NCBI RefSeq assembly: GCF_006345805.1
Contig: NC_042998.1
Location: 103,664,001-103,728,000 of the forward strand
Direction: 5' to 3'
Origin: Octopus sinensis
Lineage: Eukaryota
Length of the DNA stretch: 64,000 nucleotides
The position numbers and the translations under genes are program-made. The stretch's first letter is position 1. The number at the start of each line of letters is the position of its first letter. The notes beneath the pieces were generated by a model. The model ran no database searches. It saw nothing but the letters and a program-made list of their open reading frames with translations, and was not told where the DNA came from. Positions 26,241 to 39,724 of the stretch are shown here, piece by piece.

Positions 26241-27099
26241 TATATATATAAATATATATTACTCATACATACGCACACGTATATATTATGTTTATATCCA
26301 TATACATGTATATAGGATCATATACCACGTAGATATGAGTGTGCATGTATGAATGTGTGTTCCAGGTATGTTATTTATAAGTTCACTAAGTGCATATAAC
26401 ATATTTATTCATCAGTTATGCCACACAATCACAAATTGTTCCGGTTTGCCGCCGATGTTGTGTCTGAAATTTTGAAGGGAATGTACAGGATAATGTAACT
26501 GACCATGCTGCTGACTTAAGGCAGTGAAGCGTGTATGAAATATAGTAGCATAAACTGCAATTACTTTCTAAAATAAATGTAAATAGTATACATATTTCAA
26601 CTGTCTACAATCTAACTGCAACGAATTAATTGTCCAGGTCCAATGTACGATCTCAGGAAGCCCTTTGATACCAAGCCTACCGTCTAATATTGGCCAGGGA
26701 AAGAGGTATACTGAACGTAACTCTCAACAGAAATTACAACTGATCTGACACCATTTTCTAGAACACTTGCTTGAATCAGTTGTCGCCCTTGATATCTTAG
26801 ACTTTCAGCTCAAGTCACGAAGTCTTTCAATTCATTTGAGTGAAAAATCTTTCGAAAGTTTTGTTATAAAGTGCAAGCGTGGTAGTGGATGCTTACCATT
26901 TCTTCAATTTGTGTACAAGGAACAAATTTCACGCAAATCCTGTCAATATTATTCAGATTCCGAATAATGCAGCATTTGTATTAGATGATATACTAACAGT
27001 ATAGTTCTAACTAATAGTAAATGGACCACATAAACACATATATATCAAATGCTCATATATTCATATAAATACGTATGTAAATATATGTCTATGCATATA

Positions 27100-27906
27100 C
27101 AGTGTTTTCGGTCTAAATTTGATGATTTTCATGCCCCTTCTTTTCAGGATCAGCTTGATGTATTGGTGAACAGTCAACGGTTTTGGAGAGCATAAAGATT
27201 AAAGTTGTAGTGGAGAAAATGTTAGCTGACATGGAGGACTGGAAGACATGACTATTAGAAAAGCGTTATTTGTATCGAATACTCACGTTGAGTATCACAA
27301 CTGCTGCTCAATGCTCCGTGCACAGTGTAACGGCTGTAAGATGTGACATAGACAGCAGCAATGGAAACTACGAAGCTGTAACCAGCAAGAAGTGACACAG
27401 CAGGCATTCTGACTACGTCCGCACAATGGAGTTCATCCCCACATCTTTGATCAAAGCCCTAGGCTCAGTTTAGACAGCTATATGAAGCCGTTGGAGACTG
27501 TGGTCAATCCCTGGCTACAGAGGGTTTCTACTGCACGGTCATGTGTGGAAGTTGGATTTAACTTCTCGCTATATCACTGGAAAGAATCAAAAGTGATTAT
27601 CGGAGAAATTCTGCGACTTCAAGAGTTTCAACTTTTGGCCTCCGGATTCCCCAAATTATAATCCCACGTTGCCTAGAACACCATGGTCAAACTACTGGCA
27701 AAGATCAAGCTGTTCGAAGATCTTTCCCGGAACAAAGTGAGGAAAGCATGCATCAGGTTTCGGAGCCTCGTTGAGTTTGTGGTGGAAGCTGAGGGCCGAT
27801 ATTTCGAGTAAACTCTTTACTCCCAGCCATGATCAAGCTGATTTTTTTATTTTTTAAAATTCTTTTATTTTTGACAAACTGTCAAATTTAACCGGAACAC
27901 ACACTG
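27100..27906 (+). mobile_element. Internally deleted Tc1/mariner element, probably DD37D-related
   Basis: Imperfect TIRs CAGTGTTTTCGGTCTAAATTTGA and TCAAATTTAACCGGAACACACACTG; FWPPDSPNYNP motif near 27633-27666. Confidence 0.7.
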
Positions 27907-28309
27907 TGTGTGTGTGTGTGTGTTTACATATATACACACACGCACATACATATATACATGCATACATACATGTTCGTGAATAGGGTCGAAAGAAAAGAGA
28001 ACTTTGAGATATAGAGTAAATATTTATTGGAAAACAGTCTGTGATCAATTTCTTCTTTAGTCAGAATATAATATACTTACATAACGTATAAATTTACGAA
28101 GTTGCAAATCTGAAAGTTAGCAGAAGTGTTATGTCTGGAAATAACGCCTCCACTGTCTTTCACAATTCATATCTTCTGAAAAGATCACACGAATATACCT
28201 CGAAGAACGGTGGAGTGCAGCACTGGCAGTTTTCCAAAAAATACTTATACATATATACGTTCATACATATATAAACACACACACACACATATATGCATAT
28301 ATATGTATA

Positions 28310-28642
28310 TATAAGTTGAATAAAGTTAAAACATAGTCTGGTATTTACATTTTTATCATGGTATTTTCACAAGATTAGCGCTTTCATACATAGTGTACTC
28401 ACCAGATTTTAAATGTGTTTAACAGACAGTAAGGTTCTTGACAACTTTAGTACCTCTTAGAACGCTCTAAAATTCAGCTAGTTGGAGCGTTCTAAGAGGT
28501 ACTAAAGTTGTCAAGAACTCAACTGTCAGTTAAACACATTTAAAATCTGTTGAGTACACTATGTATGAAAGCGCTAATTTGTTAAAATACCATAATAAAA
28601 GACGTGAAAACCAGACTATATTTTAACTTTATTCAACCTATA
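28310..28642. repeat. Long inverted repeat (~160 bp arms, 11 nt loop) flanked by TA repeats
   Basis: Arms 28310-28470 and 28482-28642 are reverse complements with scattered mismatches. Confidence 0.92.
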
Positions 28643-28667
28643 TATTATTCTATATATATATATATAT

Positions 28668-29039
28668 GGAAGCACTCCGTCGGTTACGACGATGAGGGTT
28701 CCGGTTGATCCGAATCAACGGAACAGCCTGCTCGTGAAATTAACGTGTAAGTGGCTGAGCACTCCACAGACACGTGCACCCTTAACGTAGTTCTCGGGGA
28801 TATTCAGCGTGACACAGAGAGTGACAAGGCCGGCCCCTTGAAATACAGGTACAACAGAAACAGGAAGTAAGATCGAGAGAAAGTTGTGGTGAAAGAGTAC
28901 AGCAGGGATCACCACCATCCCCTGCCGGAGCCTCGTGGAGCTTTTTAGGTGTTTTCGCTCAATAAACACTCACAACGCCTGGCCTGGGAATCGAAACCGC
29001 GAGTCCGCTGCCCTAACCACTGGGCCATTGCGCCTCCAC
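28668..29039 (-). mobile_element. SINE family C (OR-like)
   Basis: Near-identical to 22845-23227, with a small deletion in the tRNA head. Confidence 0.85.
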
Positions 29040-29064
29040 ATATATATATAAGACACACACACAC

Positions 29065-29445
29065 ATGCACTTGTAAAATTTGCACGTCCTCGTCTTTGCT
29101 CCAATTTTTTCATCTCCTCTAGAGTCGGTGGATTTCGTTGGAGCCTCCATATTTGGGTCGTGTTTTTTTGTTTGGTGGTTTTGGGTTTCGGTTTTGGTTG
29201 TTTCTTCTTTTCCTTCTCTTTTTTCTATTTTATGCTTTTGCTCATGGTCTTTCCTTTCTATACTGGTGGTAGTCCTTACATTCCACTGATTGTCCACAGA
29301 GGTGGGACACCATTCTTCTGTGGGATCAGAGGGACTTCTAGTTGTTCCTTCTTCCTCTTCCCTATCCTTATCAGCCTGGTTGTTCATAGGGGTAAGGGCT
29401 CCATTCTTTTGTGGAACCATTGGATCAGAAGGATTTCTGGTTGTT
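29065..29445 (-). mobile_element. Possible LINE ORF1 fragment
   Basis: Open low-complexity K/E/T-rich frame ending in RTCKFYK, the start of the CCCH finger seen in some CR1/L2 ORF1 proteins; truncated by a microsatellite. Confidence 0.35.
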
Positions 29446-29469
29446 GCTTCTTTTATATATATCTTTATC

Positions 29470-29870
29470 TTTCATTTATTTCAGTCACTAGACTCCGGCT
29501 ACGCTGGGGTACCATTTTGGAGAATTTTGAGACAAACGAAAAAGCTCCAGTACTTTTTTGTCATAAATGCCCGGAACTTATTCTATCAGTATTTTTTTGC
29601 TGAACCGCTAAGTTACAGGACATAAGCACACCAACGCCGGTTGGTATAAAGTGAGAATAGGAGAGAAACACAGACACAAAGATACATACACACACATATA
29701 TATACATATATACATAAGCACATGCACCCGCCATATACATACAAACATACATACATACATACATACATACATACATACATACATACATACATACATACAT
29801 ACGATGGGTATCTGAGCTTCCGTTTACCGAATCCATTCACAAGGCTTTTGTCGGTCCGAGGCTATAACTA
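29470..29870 (-). mobile_element. SINE family A, diverged
   Basis: Tail and body matches with internal (TACA)n. Confidence 0.75.
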
Positions 29871-29957
29871 TGTGTTTGGGAAGCAAATGCATATATATGT
29901 ATATATATCCACACACACACACAAACACACACACATACACACGCACGCATATATATA

Positions 29958-30143
29958 TAGACAAACGGATTAAGTCGATTACATCGACCCCAGTGCGTCA
30001 CTGGTACTTAATTTATCGACCCCGAAAGGATGACAGGTAAAGTCGACCTCGTCGGAATTTGAACTCAGAATGCAGCGGCGGACGAAATTCCGCTAAGCGC
30101 GTTAAAGATTCTGCCAGCTTATTGTGTCTATATATATATATAT

Positions 30144-30175
<32 letters not shown>

Positions 30176-30565
30176 ATATATATATACATCCTTTTTACTA
30201 AAGGCAAAAGCCTGAAATTTTGGGGGACGGGGCTAGTTGATTAGATCGACCCCAGTATGTAACTGGTACTTAATTTATCGGCCCCGAAAGGATGAAAGGC
30301 AAAGTCGACCTTGGCCGAATTTTAACGTAGCGACGTACGAAATACCTATTTCTTTACTACCCACAAGGGGCTAAACACAGAGGGGACAAACAAGTACAGA
30401 CAAACGGATTAAGTCGATTACATCGACCCCAGTGCGTCACTGGTACTTAATTTATCGACCCCGAAAGGATGAAAGGTAAAGTCAACCTCGTCGGAATTTG
30501 AACTCAGAATGCAGCGGCGGACGAAATTCCGCTAAGCGCGTTAAAGATTCTGCCAGCTTATTGTG
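29958..30565 (-). mobile_element. Cluster of three SINE family B pieces (central GCCTTTCATCCTTTCGGGGTCGATAAA domain)
   Basis: Repeated TTTATCGACCCCGAAAGGATGAAAGG motif; 29958-30130 and 30398-30570 are near-identical. Confidence 0.85.
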
Positions 30566-30908
30566 TCTATGTTTCAACGTCTGCTGCTATATACGAGCAT
30601 GTTTTTGCGACAGTAATGCCATCGATGCACTTCCCATGCGCAAGACCATATTAAGAGTCACAATTCACTGGCACGTGCAAATTATAGACGTTGCAGCAAA
30701 CGTCAACGGAAATTATATTCATGAATAGAGTATTATGTCAATAACGACGTTGTCGGAGAGTGAAAGTGTGATCATGCATATCCCACTCTTCACTGAAAAT
30801 AAGCCGTTGCTGATTTATATATAATCTATGAATAACTAAATATGTAGACTAATGGATTACTGTTTGGAACAGCGCTATTTTGAAAATAAATGGAATATTA
30901 GTCAAAAT

Positions 30909-31281
30909 CACTATTTGTCAACTGGGATTCATGTGACCCCTTGTGGTCCTTGTAAGTTTTGGGGGTTCCACACAAGCAAAATAGTATATTGGGAATCTAC
31001 AGTAGTATCGTAACGATTCATGAAAACATTTTGCTTTAGGTTTATTGATTGCAGAAAGCAGTTAGGTTGTCTCTCTAACTTTTACATAGTTTAACAGGTT
31101 TCCAGCCACTGAAACATGTTCTCTCAGCGAGTGCTATTGCAAACCTACGCAAGTGAATGCGTGAAAAATAAAATAGGAAGTTTGAAAGTCTTTTAAACGT
31201 CGAAAGGCTATTCTGGGGTCCACTAGAATAAAAGAGTAATCAAAGAGGTCCAAATGTACAAAAATGGTTGAGAACAACTTG
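30909..31281. mobile_element. hAT-type non-autonomous element
   Basis: Right end AAAATGGTTGAGAACAACT resembles the Charlie-type CAGTGGTTCTCAAC TIR. The left end CACTATTTGTCAACTGGG is decayed, and GGGGTCC-like subterminal words are present. Confidence 0.5.
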
Positions 31282-31609
31282 TCTAAATGTTCATAATTCT
31301 TATTGATAGCAGAGAGAAATTTGCTTTAATCGTGTAATTAAATCCTAAGTAGTTGAGATTCAAAGGATGAGATGTTTTTGTTTCTTAACACCAAGACACC
31401 TTTTTTGCAGGAATCTCTGATTAAACGCCTTTCGTCCGAGACCACTCTATCACATTATCTATTGTGTCTTTTAATTTTATTTTAAATTTGCAATATAGAG
31501 AGAGATTTGATAACTATTTCTACAAAATTCTATAAACCACGTAAAGACCCTGGCATTAGGTTGTCAGTAAAGGTTTGAATATATGCCGTAACATGTTAAT
31601 ATTTTGTTA

Positions 31610-31812
31610 GGTGGTGAGGCGCAGGCTAAGCAGAATCGTTGGCACGCCGGGTAAAATGCTTGTCCGTCTTTAGGTTCTGAGTTCAAATCCACTGAGGTCG
31701 ACTTAGACTTTCATCTTTTCGGGGGTCGCTAAAATAAGTACCAGTTGAACAATGGGGCCGATGTAATCGACTTGACCCCTCTCCCGAAATGGCTGGCCTT
31801 GTGCCAAAATTT
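31610..31812 (+). mobile_element. SINE family B
   Basis: GCAGAATCGTTGGCACGCCGGG...GAGTTCAAATCC...CTTTCATCTTTTCGGGGGTCG. Confidence 0.8.
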
Positions 31813-32360
31813 GCTGGATTGCAATACACGGTTACGTATCTACTGCTACCTCTCCATCGATCCCAGAAGAACAAAAGCTTACAATGATACCCGTAGGAAT
31901 AGAAATCAGAAGAATGTAACAGAGCGTCACAGAAATTTAGATCTCTGCTTTAGGCACAAGCCCAAGATGATAACATGAATATATCAGCATAAATAGTTCA
32001 TTGGTATTTGCCGAGTTCGAAAGCGGAATGGCAAAGTGAAAATGATGTGGTGGTATCATTTTCAAAATTCTTATTGATAGAAGAGAAATTTGCTTTATTC
32101 ATCTAATTAAATTCTAGGCAGTTGAGTTTCAAAGTATGAGATGTTTATATTGCTTAACTCCTGGTCAACTTTATTCGCAGGAATAAATATAACTGAATAC
32201 AGTTAACGTAAAAATATAACTAAATACAGCAACGAATGTAATTCTGTAGTCTACCACCCTTGATAGATTTTTTCACTCATTGCCGTTGACAGTATCAATG
32301 GTAATACATAAAATTAATGAGGTTTCGCAAATTTGACACAAATGATTCAGGTGACGCTAA

Positions 32361-32724
32361 TCTATATGTATAAAACTGAAGTTGTCTGTTTGTGGCAGGT
32401 TTGGTAGCCTTCAACTAACACTATCTCCTCCGAGACCCTGCGGCGCAAGTTGACCAAAATTGAGAGTATGATAGAAGAAGGCTTGTTCTTCATTCCGTAG
32501 AAGATAAAATTCAAATCGGACCATGTCAAGATCATAAATTCTATGAAAATCCCTATTTTTTAACGATTTTTTGACTGCTGTGTCGCCATTTTTCGGTGTA
32601 TTTCAACCAGAAAAATGTTCATTTAAAGAGAATAACAAGATACATTACGTAAAATTTTACTTTTCAAAAATTCCAATTCTAAAGGGTCGAAACAAACCCG
32701 AGCAACACCGGGTGATACTGCAAG
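32361..32724 (+). mobile_element. Non-autonomous Helitron
   Basis: A|TCTATATGTATAAAA start; subterminal hairpin CCCGAGCAACACCGGG; end CTGCAAG|T (CTAG mutated). Confidence 0.8.
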
Positions 32725-32754
32725 TAATGTGTTAAAATCATATGTATCTTTTAT

Positions 32755-33095
32755 CTTTTTGTTTCAGTCATTAGACTGCGGTCATAGTGGGGCGTTGCCT
32801 TGAAGAACTTCCAGTCAAACTTTCAGTACTTATATATATTTTTTACGCCTGATACTTATACTATTGGTTTCTTTTCGTACGTCCGCTAAGTTCTGTTTGC
32901 CGAACCTCTTAGCTACGAGAACGTAAGCAAACCAATACCGGTTGTCAAGCGGTGGTGGAAGAAAAACAGACTCAAATACACACGCACGCGCACATACATG
33001 CTCACTCACACATACACACACGTATACGATAGGCTTTTTCAGTTTCCGTCTACCATATTCACTTACAAGCTTTTGATCGGTTCGAGGTTAGAGTA
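32755..33095 (-). mobile_element. SINE family A, diverged
   Basis: Tail GTTTCAGTCATTAGACTGCGG and body TTTCAGTTTCCGTCTACC. Confidence 0.75.
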
Positions 33096-33310
33096 AATGG
33101 AATGTCTTTGGTAAGAGGTCTGCTCCACTGAAGTTAGCCTATGGTTAAAATGTATTTTCTATTATGTATTTTTTTTACGATGTGGAACAATATCAATAAC
33201 TGTCGATAACTCTCACTACGATTCCCAAAATGGTAACTGTTCTCTCTATTTCTTTAACAGCTGCATGTTCTTCATTAAACGGTAGAAAGGAATAATTAAA
33301 TAAATAAATA

Positions 33311-33346
<36 letters not shown>

Positions 33347-34209
33347 AATAAAGAAAGCTGGAAGAAGAAGAAGAAGAAGAAGAAGAGAAGAAGAAGAAGA
33401 AGAAGAAGAAGAAGAGGTTACAATGCGAGATAAGAAACATTAAATAAAGTGAAAGTAGAAAAATAAGGAGATATGTCATGAGAGGAAGCTAAAGCGGTAA
33501 TCGAATAAAACAGATAAATAAATAAATAAATAAAACTAGAAAAAAGAAATCAATGAAGAAAAGAATGAAAAGATTTAGGTGATGAAAAGACAAATAAAAA
33601 CGAAAGGAAGAGAGGAGAAGTGTACAACAGATAAGACATGTGGTAGTAAGGTTAAAGAAATTAAAATACAACGTTCGAATGATATACTGTAGAAATGGGC
33701 CGTAATAGCGATGGAATGATAACCATAATGCTTTTCATGAAGATAGCTATCTAAACAATATTTATTTATGCCTTTATTTTATAATAATAGAGTATTTATC
33801 TTGAAGTCATGTTTATAATGTAGATTATATCTGATAGATATTCACCAAAATTGTTAATGGATATTCAATGGATATACTGATGTCAGCGATTACGAGCAGC
33901 TAGAAGAGACAAAAAAAAAGGGCAGATTTAATGATGGGGGATTTATAAAAAAAAGAAAAAAGAAACTGTTTCGTATTTCTAAGCATTCTAGTTATATTAA
34001 TGAAGATGTAATATAGGTAATATAGTGATAGAACCGATAAGATAAGTGGCAGTGTATAATGCATCCTTAATTACAGAATTCACTAGGAAGAAATGTAAAA
34101 CTAAATTCAAATAGCTGTTAGACAAAGAAACGTGTGACATAATATCATATCCGTAAATTATCTAATTCTAGTCACTAACAACTTCATATATTCTGTCAAA
34201 ATGATAATG

Positions 34210-34274
<65 letters not shown>

Positions 34275-34275
<1 letters not shown>

Positions 34276-34475
34276 TTCAAATTTTGGTACAAGGCCAGAG
34301 AGTTAGGGGGAGGGAGCAAATTGATCATATCAGCCCCAATAGTGAAATGGTACTTATTTTATCGACCCTGAAAGGATGAAAGGCAAAGACAATCTCGGCG
34401 GAATTAGAATTCAAACAGTAAAGACGGACGAAATACGGCTAAGCATTTTGCCGGCGCTCTAACGATTCGGCCAGC

Positions 34476-34476
<1 letters not shown>
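34275..34476 (-). mobile_element. SINE family B within (TAA)n
   Basis: TTTTATCGACCCTGAAAGGATGAAAGGC core. Confidence 0.8.
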
Positions 34477-34533
<57 letters not shown>

Positions 34534-34559
34534 TGATGATGATAATAATAATAATAATA

Positions 34560-34607
<48 letters not shown>

Positions 34608-34663
34608 GAAGAAGAAAGAATAAGAATGATAATAATAATAATGATAATAATAATAATAATAAT

Positions 34664-35792
34664 GAATGGATGCTAAAGCTCGTGGAAAATCACGAGAGAC
34701 GAAAGAAGCTTCATTCTATCATCAAGGAAAGCAAAAAATTTGCCATTGATCTCGTGCAGGATACCCAAACTGAACAACCCGAGGGAAGTACGGCAACTAT
34801 TGTTGCAAAGAAGGTGAAAATGATGGCAATGAAAAAAGCGCACGAGCAATTGGCTGATAGGTGGGAGAGAGAACCTCTGCACGGCAAATATGTGACCCGC
34901 AGCAAACAAGCTGATGTGACCAGAAGCAAACCCATCAGTGGCTGCGGAGCTCAGGGCTAAAAGCAGAGAGCGATGGTTTCATCCTGGCTGCTCAAGCCAA
35001 AGCCTATCAACCCGGAACTACCAGGCCAATGTGATGAAAAATGGAGCAGACCCAAAATGCCGATTCTGCAACGACATGATTGAAACAGTGGACCACCTAA
35101 TCTCTGGATGTAAAGTCTTAGCACCAGTGGAGTATAAATTAAGACATGACAGAGTTGGCCAATATCTCCACTGGCTAATAAGTCGGCATTACAATATCAA
35201 AACTGCCGACAAGTGGTATAATCACCAGCCTGAGGCTGTAACTGAAGGAGAAAATGTAACCATTCTGTGGGACTTTCCAGTACATACAGACCGAACCATC
35301 AAGGCCAATAAACCAGATATTGTTGTGAAAGACCAAAACAATAAAGTTTGCTTATTGATCGACATGAGCATCCCCTGTGATCATAATATCTCAGCGAAAG
35401 AGTTTGACAAGCTCAGAAAATATAAAGACCTACTCATTGAAATTGAGAAAATGTAGCATCTCAAGGCGGTTACAATACCAGTGATCGTAGGAGCACTAGG
35501 AATGATCAAAAGGGAACCGAAAAATATGAGAATGATCCCTGGCTTACCATCCCTGCAAGAAGTGCAAAGATTGTCTTAACTGGTACATCACACGTATTGA
35601 GAAGAGCATTGTCGATGTGAGAACTGTTGCTGCTCATGTATTTTAATTTAACTTAAAAAAAAAAAAAAAAAATGAACGAACTACTGAGTTTGGTTTAATG
35701 GCCTACCAATATACACTATGAGTTTCTTTGCCCTAGGAGTCGGGAAGACACTCGGCAAGAAATGGAAGAAAATTTGAAAGAAGAAAAAAAAA

Positions 35793-35794
<2 letters not shown>
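34664..35794 (+). mobile_element. Dong/R4-clade non-LTR retrotransposon, 5'-truncated, inserted in (TAA)n
   Basis: PLHGKY, CRFCNDMIETVDHLISGC..RHDRV, KPDIVVKD...LIDMSIP..KYKDL and IPVIVGALG (RLE). A-rich end, (TAA)n on both sides, few frameshifts. Confidence 0.9.
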
Positions 35795-35837
<43 letters not shown>

Positions 35838-35840
<3 letters not shown>

Positions 35841-36315
35841 CCCTGATGCAGTACCGGACAGTGGCTCTCAAGGCTCCTGATCTTAACTGACTGGAAGTGT
35901 TATCATGTACATTGTTTTGTCTTGGGCTACAGCAAATATTCTGCTCAATACCACAAATTAACCAGTTGAGCATGTCCCTTAGTGGCTGACGATATGTGCA
36001 TCTCTGATCACAAGCAGTAGTAGTTGGAAGAGCATCATAGCCGTGTATTTAAAGGAATTCTTAGAGGTTTGGATAATTCACCTTTGGAAACACGGGTGGT
36101 TCGTTCAACATCCTTAAGCAACCCTTATTCAGGGACCTTTTGAGCGGGATGGGTTACTCGACTAGAAGAAAATTCTAACTGAGCTCCACCTGCAAGGTCA
36201 TGTGCTGTTTATCTTGATATGAGATCACCATGTCGCGCACATATGGTTGTTATGCATGTGCCAAGTGTACCCTTATCAGACGGGTAGTCATGATGGGTAT
36301 ACTGGGCTTCGTATA
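35838..36315 (-). mobile_element. SINE-like repeat (family D) with a (TTA)n tail
   Basis: GC-richer ~480 bp unit abutting a (TAA)n array; recalled as a common octopus repeat, family not securely named. Confidence 0.5.
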
Positions 36316-36399
36316 TATAAAAAAACACCCATCTACTTTCATGCTGTGGTAAATTTTTATATAGCTTTCCCCAATATTCTATCGGCAGCATGTCTTCTG

Positions 36400-37500
36400 T
36401 ATAAAGGCTCTAACTTTTTATCTTCATATAGTACATCTCCCTGGTTATTGATTTTATTGATGCACACCTCTAATCTGAGGTAGATGTTGCTCAACTTCTC
36501 GATCGTGGACATCGTGCAATTCTGTAGATTGAGGTGATGGTATTTTGCTTTTTGTCATCAAATTCCTGTTTCATCGTTCTTTTTAAATTTTTTTCTCGAA
36601 AAGCCCTTTTATTCCTTCCCAGACTTTATTTGTTTTCTGTTGCTGCAAGGGGACAGGGTGGTCCTCTTGAGATAGTTTTCAACATTACCCACTACTGCAC
36701 CAAGGATGAGGCGATTCTTCCGCTATTTCCGATGCTTCCACTAGCAGTGCATTTTGAAAAGGAACCACGGCATCTGTTTCTATTACCAATTCTTTTGTTG
36801 TATCGGTCTCTGTCGTTCTCTAACATTCCTGCTCCTTGAGGCAGAGAGCCTTTAAGTGACATTTTACGTCACAAATTAGACCGTCGTGATTATTGCTCGT
36901 GCTTCTGTGCCTACGACGAAACACATTTCTAGAATGGCTCAGTAGTCTTCAGGGGTTATAAGGATGTGCAACTTCATCCTGATATGCTTAACCGCATATC
37001 AATTCTTGTCACTTTCCCACTTAGGAACACCTTAGATTGCGCTACAAAGTTGACAATATGCCAACAGTCAATATCAAGTGAAATGCTCTTAATTGTTACA
37101 CTTGTTGGGCCATGTACAGACGTATGACCGGATGTGAATCTCGTGAAGACTGTTTGCCGTTTTGTTTCATTCTCTGTCCCCAAAACAAGGCATGTACTAA
37201 AATTATTCCTTCTATAACTCATAGGAAAGGATACTGTCACACATGTCACTCGTAGATTTCTTCAAAACATCCTGAAAGACTTTACAGAACGTTCGCCACA
37301 TTGTGTAAGCCTTACCTGCTCTTGGAGAAATTTCTCGGTCACCAAGTTTGCTTGGTTTCTTTTTCCGACTCAGTCACACTAATCACATCGATCCTACTTA
37401 GGGTATGTGGGTTCAGTAAGGTAACATCACAAATCTGCACAGAACTGAGTGATGGACGACCGATCCATTTCAGGATGCCGAAAATAGTATGTTGCTAATG
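36400..37500 (-). mobile_element. Decayed LINE ORF1-like region
   Basis: Minus-strand GLICDVKCHLKALCL near 36835-36885 resembles a CCHC gag knuckle, followed by low-complexity E/K/T sequence. Confidence 0.35.
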
Positions 37501-37689
37501 TTCTCAGTGTCATCTGGAAGCTCACTGTCTGATGACCTTATGAGAAACTTCATTCATACCTGTTACATGATGTACTTTTAGAGGAAAAAAATGTATGATT
37601 ACAAGCTGGATCGACTTTGATCATATATAAGTATGTGTATGTGCGAATAGGGAATATCCACAGCAAATTAAATCAGTAACAATAATAAT

Positions 37690-38100
37690 TGCATCATTTA
37701 ACAACAATTTTTAACATAGTCCCAATGACAAGGACAGTTCCCAACCTCGTGGATTGCATTGTGAGTTCTGAATTTTAGGGGAGGGTCAACTTCTTCCTGT
37801 GCCTTGAACTCCAGAAGTCTCTTATCGATTTCTCTGACAGTTCTTTTGCGATGTATATGGAATTGTAATATGTTACGATTTTCTGTTGCTTCCCTTTGGT
37901 TATTGGTTTTAAGACATGTTCATGATGGTTAGATGCAGACATTTTCGTTACACCTACATGGGTGTAATATGTACTGCTGAAATGCAGTGTGTAATCCGAT
38001 TGTAACTTCTAGAGTTGGAAGCACATTTGGCCAGAACTGAATAGCGGGTACTTTTGTTATTTCGACTTGCGTCAGGCAGAATGATGTACGCTCTACAGAC
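37690..38100 (-). mobile_element. Very decayed R4/Dong-like 3' fragment
   Basis: Readings HEHVLKPIT...NRNILQFHIHRKRTVR parallel WYNHQPEAVTEGENVTILWDFPVHTDRTI of the 34664 element. Confidence 0.3.
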
Positions 38101-38599
38101 CTAGTTATTTATAGTTAATGAAATCTTGTATCTTTCTTCCGGTTTCAAAAGAAAATTTGGTTTCACAAGAATACTGTGGGGCTTACACAATTAACCCTAT
38201 AGGACATACAACACTAAAAAGAATCGTTCGAAATTCTTAACCATGCACTCCTACATAAAGATATCTGGAAAACTGTTGCGCTTTAGTTGTCGACCCCAGA
38301 AGAATGAAAAGCAAAACTGAACTGGAGAATAAAACTAAAAGACTAGTATAAATACGGTAAAACATTTTGTCGGACACTGGGAACAGGCGAAGTTAGTTTC
38401 CATGACCAATAACTGGTCTTCAACATAAATAAATAAATAAATTGGAACTAGGATTATTTCTAAATTCGTAAATATATCGTCTCTGGTATAATTATCTACT
38501 TAAAGGAAACGTGGAAAGACAAAAAAAAAAAGAAAGAAAAGTATTTTCCATAGTGATTAGTTCATTAACTGCTATCAACTAGGGAGGCTCAATGTGATC

Positions 38600-38800
38600 C
38601 TTCTACGTACTAGATATTGCAATTAAATGTATATCAAATCAATCATATTCTGCCTTCTTCAGAAAAGACAAGGAGTTTTCTGTTGGATTAAGTAATCATG
38701 GAGGCATAAAAATAAAGACGTGAAAGAAACATGCAAAATGTCTTTGGATCATAGAGCTGCTCGACCAAGGCTAACCTAGAGCTAAACATCAGCAACAACG
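38600..38800 (+). repeat. Old interspersed repeat (family E) ending in GCTAACCTAGAGCTAAAC and (CAA)n
   Basis: Related decayed copies near 33095-33150, 42870-43275 (split by a SINE) and 46040-46215. Confidence 0.5.
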
Positions 38801-38828
38801 ACAACGACGACGATAACTACAACAACAT

Positions 38829-38879
<51 letters not shown>

Positions 38880-39724
38880 CAGCAGCAGCAGCAAAAACAG
38901 CAACGTGGAGAACAACAAATAACATAATTTCATCGTTGTTATGTTTATTGTACGTCCATAGTATTTCTGCATAGTTGCGTCAAAACACGGGATTCGATCG
39001 ACTGTTTATCGTCTTTACTGTCGGAGATGCTTTAGAACTTTATATACGAAGGACACACCAATTAATATTCCTTGAATGAAACCACAAAATTTATATTAGT
39101 CATCATGTGTGACAAGTTAAAGGTGGCCTCCTAACATTGTTGCCACGACATTAGAATGTCTTTCAGATATGTTGCTGGTGGTATACATGCCTAGGTGCAA
39201 TTTAGACAGATACACAAAAGCGGAGGTGAATTGGCCGATGCAATAAAATATCAAACAAAATATTTTTGCAGCTTTTGTTCCGGATACGACCGAGGGCATT
39301 TTGTCTTTCCTCCTTTCGGAGGCAATAAAAAAACATAGCAGCCCAAGGTACGACTTTTAGTAGTTTGTTGGAGTGTTGGAGAAAATATTTTGCGTTATTT
39401 GTCTCTTTCTATGCATTTGGCGTTGGCCTGTGATGACACTGTTTCTATGTTGTGTTACCATTTGCTCTAGTCTTGGGGATACTGGTCACGTAGAGAAAAG
39501 AGGTGAAGCTTGCTGCCATGTGCAACTACTGGCCTTTAACATAAATAAATTAATAAATAGCTGTTGTCCAGGAATGCAACCAGCACGATATATTCCTTGA
39601 TGAATTTATACAGACAATTTACTGACGAAAGAATATACTGATATATAAAGGTAGTAACACACACACAAAAGACAGAGAGAGAGAGAGAGAGAGAAAGAAA
39701 GAAACCAAGAAAGAAACAAAGAAA

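Noticed and set aside
26640-26960. ESVVALDI LINE RT-like motif
   Set aside because: Probably a very old LINE scrap, but support is insufficient to delimit or classify it.
28135-28240. Loose hairpin (CTCCACTGT/ACGGTGGAG) with CTGAAAA
   Set aside because: Too degenerate to distinguish from chance.
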